Below the pieces are notes generated by a model. It did no database searches. It worked only from the letters and a program-made list of their open reading frames with translations, and was not told the DNA's origin. A DNA stretch of 64,000 nucleotides from Heterodontus francisci (Eukaryota), in the NCBI RefSeq assembly GCF_036365525.1, contig NW_027140485.1, positions 992,001 to 1,056,000 of the forward strand. Direction: 5' to 3'. Positions within the stretch are counted from its first letter, which is position 1. Every line of letters begins with the position of its first letter. The position numbers and the translations under genes were made by a program. Below are positions 61,901-64,000 of this stretch, in pieces.

Positions 61901-64000
61901 TTGGGGTACAGCTGTGGAAATTGTGGGGTGCAGCTGTGGAAATGGTGGGGTACAGCTGTGGAAATGGTGGCATATTGCCAGGAAATGGTGGGGTACAGCT
62001 GTGGAAATGGTGGTGGTACAACTGTGGAAATGGTGGGGTACAGCTGTGACAATGGTGGGGTACAGCTGTGACAATGGTGGGATACAGCTGTGACAATGGT
62101 GGGTTTAGCCAGGAAATGTTGGGGTACAGCTGTGACAATGGTGGGGTACAGCTGTGACAATGGTGGGTAGAGCCAGGAAATGTTGGGGTACAGAAGTGAC
62201 AATGGTGGGGTATAGCCAGGAAATGTTGGGGTACAGAAGTTACAATGGTGGGTTATAGCCAGGAAATGTTGGGGTACGGCTGTGACAATGGTGGGTATAG
62301 CCAGGAAATGTTGTGGTACAGCTGTGACAATAGTGGGGTACAGCTGTGACAATGGCGGGTATAGCCAGGAAATGTTGGGGTACAGCTGTGACAATGGTGG
62401 GGTACAGCTGTGACAATGGTGGGTATAGCCAGGAAATGTTGGGGTACAGAAGTGACAATGGTGGGGAAGAGCCAGGAAATGTTGGGGTAAGGCTGTGACA
62501 ATGGTGGGTATAGCCAGGAAATGTTGGGGTACAGCTGTGACAATGGTGTGGTACAGCTGTGACAATGGTGGGGTATAGCCAGGAAATGTTGGGGTACAGA
62601 AGTGACAATGGCGGAGTATAGCCAGGAAATGTTGGGGTACAGAAGTGACAATGGTGGGGTATAGCCAGGAAATGTTGGGGTACAGCTGTGACAATGGTGG
62701 GTATAGCCAGGAAATGTTGGGGTACAGAAGTGACAATGGTGGGGTACAGCTATGACAATGGTGGGGTACAGCTGTTACAATGGTGGGTATAGCCAGGAAA
62801 TGTTGGGGTACAGAAGTGACAATGGTGGGGTACAGCTATGACAATGGTGGGGTACAGCTGTTACAATGGTGGGTATAGCCAGGAAATGTTTGGGTACAGA
62901 AGTGACAATGGTGGGGTATAGCCAGGAAATGTTGGGGTACAGAAGTGACAATGGTGGGATACAGCTGTGAGAATGGTGGGATACAGCTGTGACAATGGTT
63001 GGGTACAACTGTGAAAATGGTGGGGTACAGCTGTGAAAATGGTTGTGTACAGCTGTGGAAATGATGGGGTACAGCTGTGGAAATGGTGGGGTACAGCCAG
63101 GAAATGGTGGGGTACAGCTGTGAAAATGGTGGGGTACAGCTGTGAAAATGGTTGGGTACAGCTGTGGAAATGATGGGGTACAACTGTGGAAATGGTGGGG
63201 TACAGCCAGGAAATGGTGGGGTACAGCTGTGAAAATGGTGGGGTACAGCTGTGAAAATGGTGGGGTGCATCTGTGTAAATGGTGGGGTGCATCAGTGTAA
63301 ATGTTTGGGTACAGCTGTGGAAATGGTGGGGTACAAATGTGAAAATGGTGGGGGACAGCCAGGAAATGGTGGGGTACAGCTGTGAAAATGGTGGGGTACA
63401 GCTGTGAAAGTGGTTGGGTACAGCTGTGGAAATGATGGGGTACAACTGTGGAAATGGTGGGGTACAGCCAGGAAATGGTGGGGTACAGCAGTGAAAATGG
63501 TGGGGTACAGCTGTGGAAATGGTGGGGTACAAATGTGAAAAAGGTGGGGTACAGCTGTGAAAATGAACGGGTACAGCTGTGAAAATGGTGGGGTTTGCCA
63601 GGAAATGGTGGGGTACAGCCATGAAATGGTGGGGTACAGCTGTGACAATGGTGGGGTACAGCAGTGGAATGGTGGGATACAGCCAGGAAATGTTGGGGTG
63701 CAGCTGTGACAATGGTGGGGTACAGCTGTGGAAATGGTGGGGTACAGCCAGGAAATGTTGGGGGACAACTGTGAAAATGGTGGGGTAAAGCTGTGACAAT
63801 GGTGGGGTACAGCTGTGGAAATGGTGGGGTACAGCTGTGACAATGGTGGGGTACAGCTGTGGAAATGGTGGGGTACAGCTGTGAAAATGGTGGGGTACAG
63901 CTGTGACAATGGTGGGGTATAGCCAGGAAATGTTGGGGTATAGCTGTGACAATGGTGGGGTATAGCCAGGAAATGTTGGGGTACAGTTGTGGAAATGGTG
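34930..64000. repeat. Large G-rich satellite/minisatellite array of 21-22 bp units, roughly 1300 units, running past the window end
   Basis: Main variants: GTGGGGTACAGCTGTGGAAATG, GTGGGGTACAGCTGTGACAATG, GTGGGGTATAGCCAGGAAATG and TTGGGGTACAGAAGTGACAATG. Higher-order periods are evident from recurring identical ORFs. Confidence 0.98.

Noticed and set aside
34852-63952. Giant minus-strand ORFs (up to 3966 aa) rich in P/H/T/C
   Set aside because: They are open in several frames at once because the C-rich strand of a 21-22 bp repeat lacks stops. The unit length is mostly not a multiple of 3 and there is no frame preference.
26546-64000. CRISPR-like arrays
   Set aside because: The context is eukaryotic, and the repeats are contiguous with no unique spacers or cas genes.

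Overview
Vertebrate genomic DNA, most likely from a cartilaginous fish (inferred from the repeat families: several CR1-group LINEs, RTE LINEs, a Penelope-like hammerhead palindrome). The first ~35 kb is mostly nested retroelements, and five small + strand exons are hidden among them. They splice with consistent phases (12181-12519, 12923-13058, 24108-24151, 25836-25885, 26345-26458) into an intact type I membrane protein. It has a germline-joined, antigen-receptor-like VJ Ig domain, a very short stalk, an uncharged GxxxG transmembrane helix, and an ~82-aa tail with YATV, an ITIM (IHYAEL) and an ITSM (TEYAAV), so it reads as a non-rearranging inhibitory immune receptor. The ORF track shows only fragments of it, and the start and leader lie upstream or are not securely identified. 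The last intron carries antisense copies of its own 5' splice site, which suggests a splicing switch to an ITIM-less isoform. Other notable elements are a single-ORF LINE with a tRNA-derived (A/B box) head, four-level TE nesting, a young RTE family with an internally deleted derivative, a solo LTR and three tandem repeats. From ~34.9 kb to the window end (~29 kb) runs a G-rich 21-22 bp satellite with GGGGT and AGCT motifs and kb-scale higher-order duplications. Its giant ORFs are artefacts.
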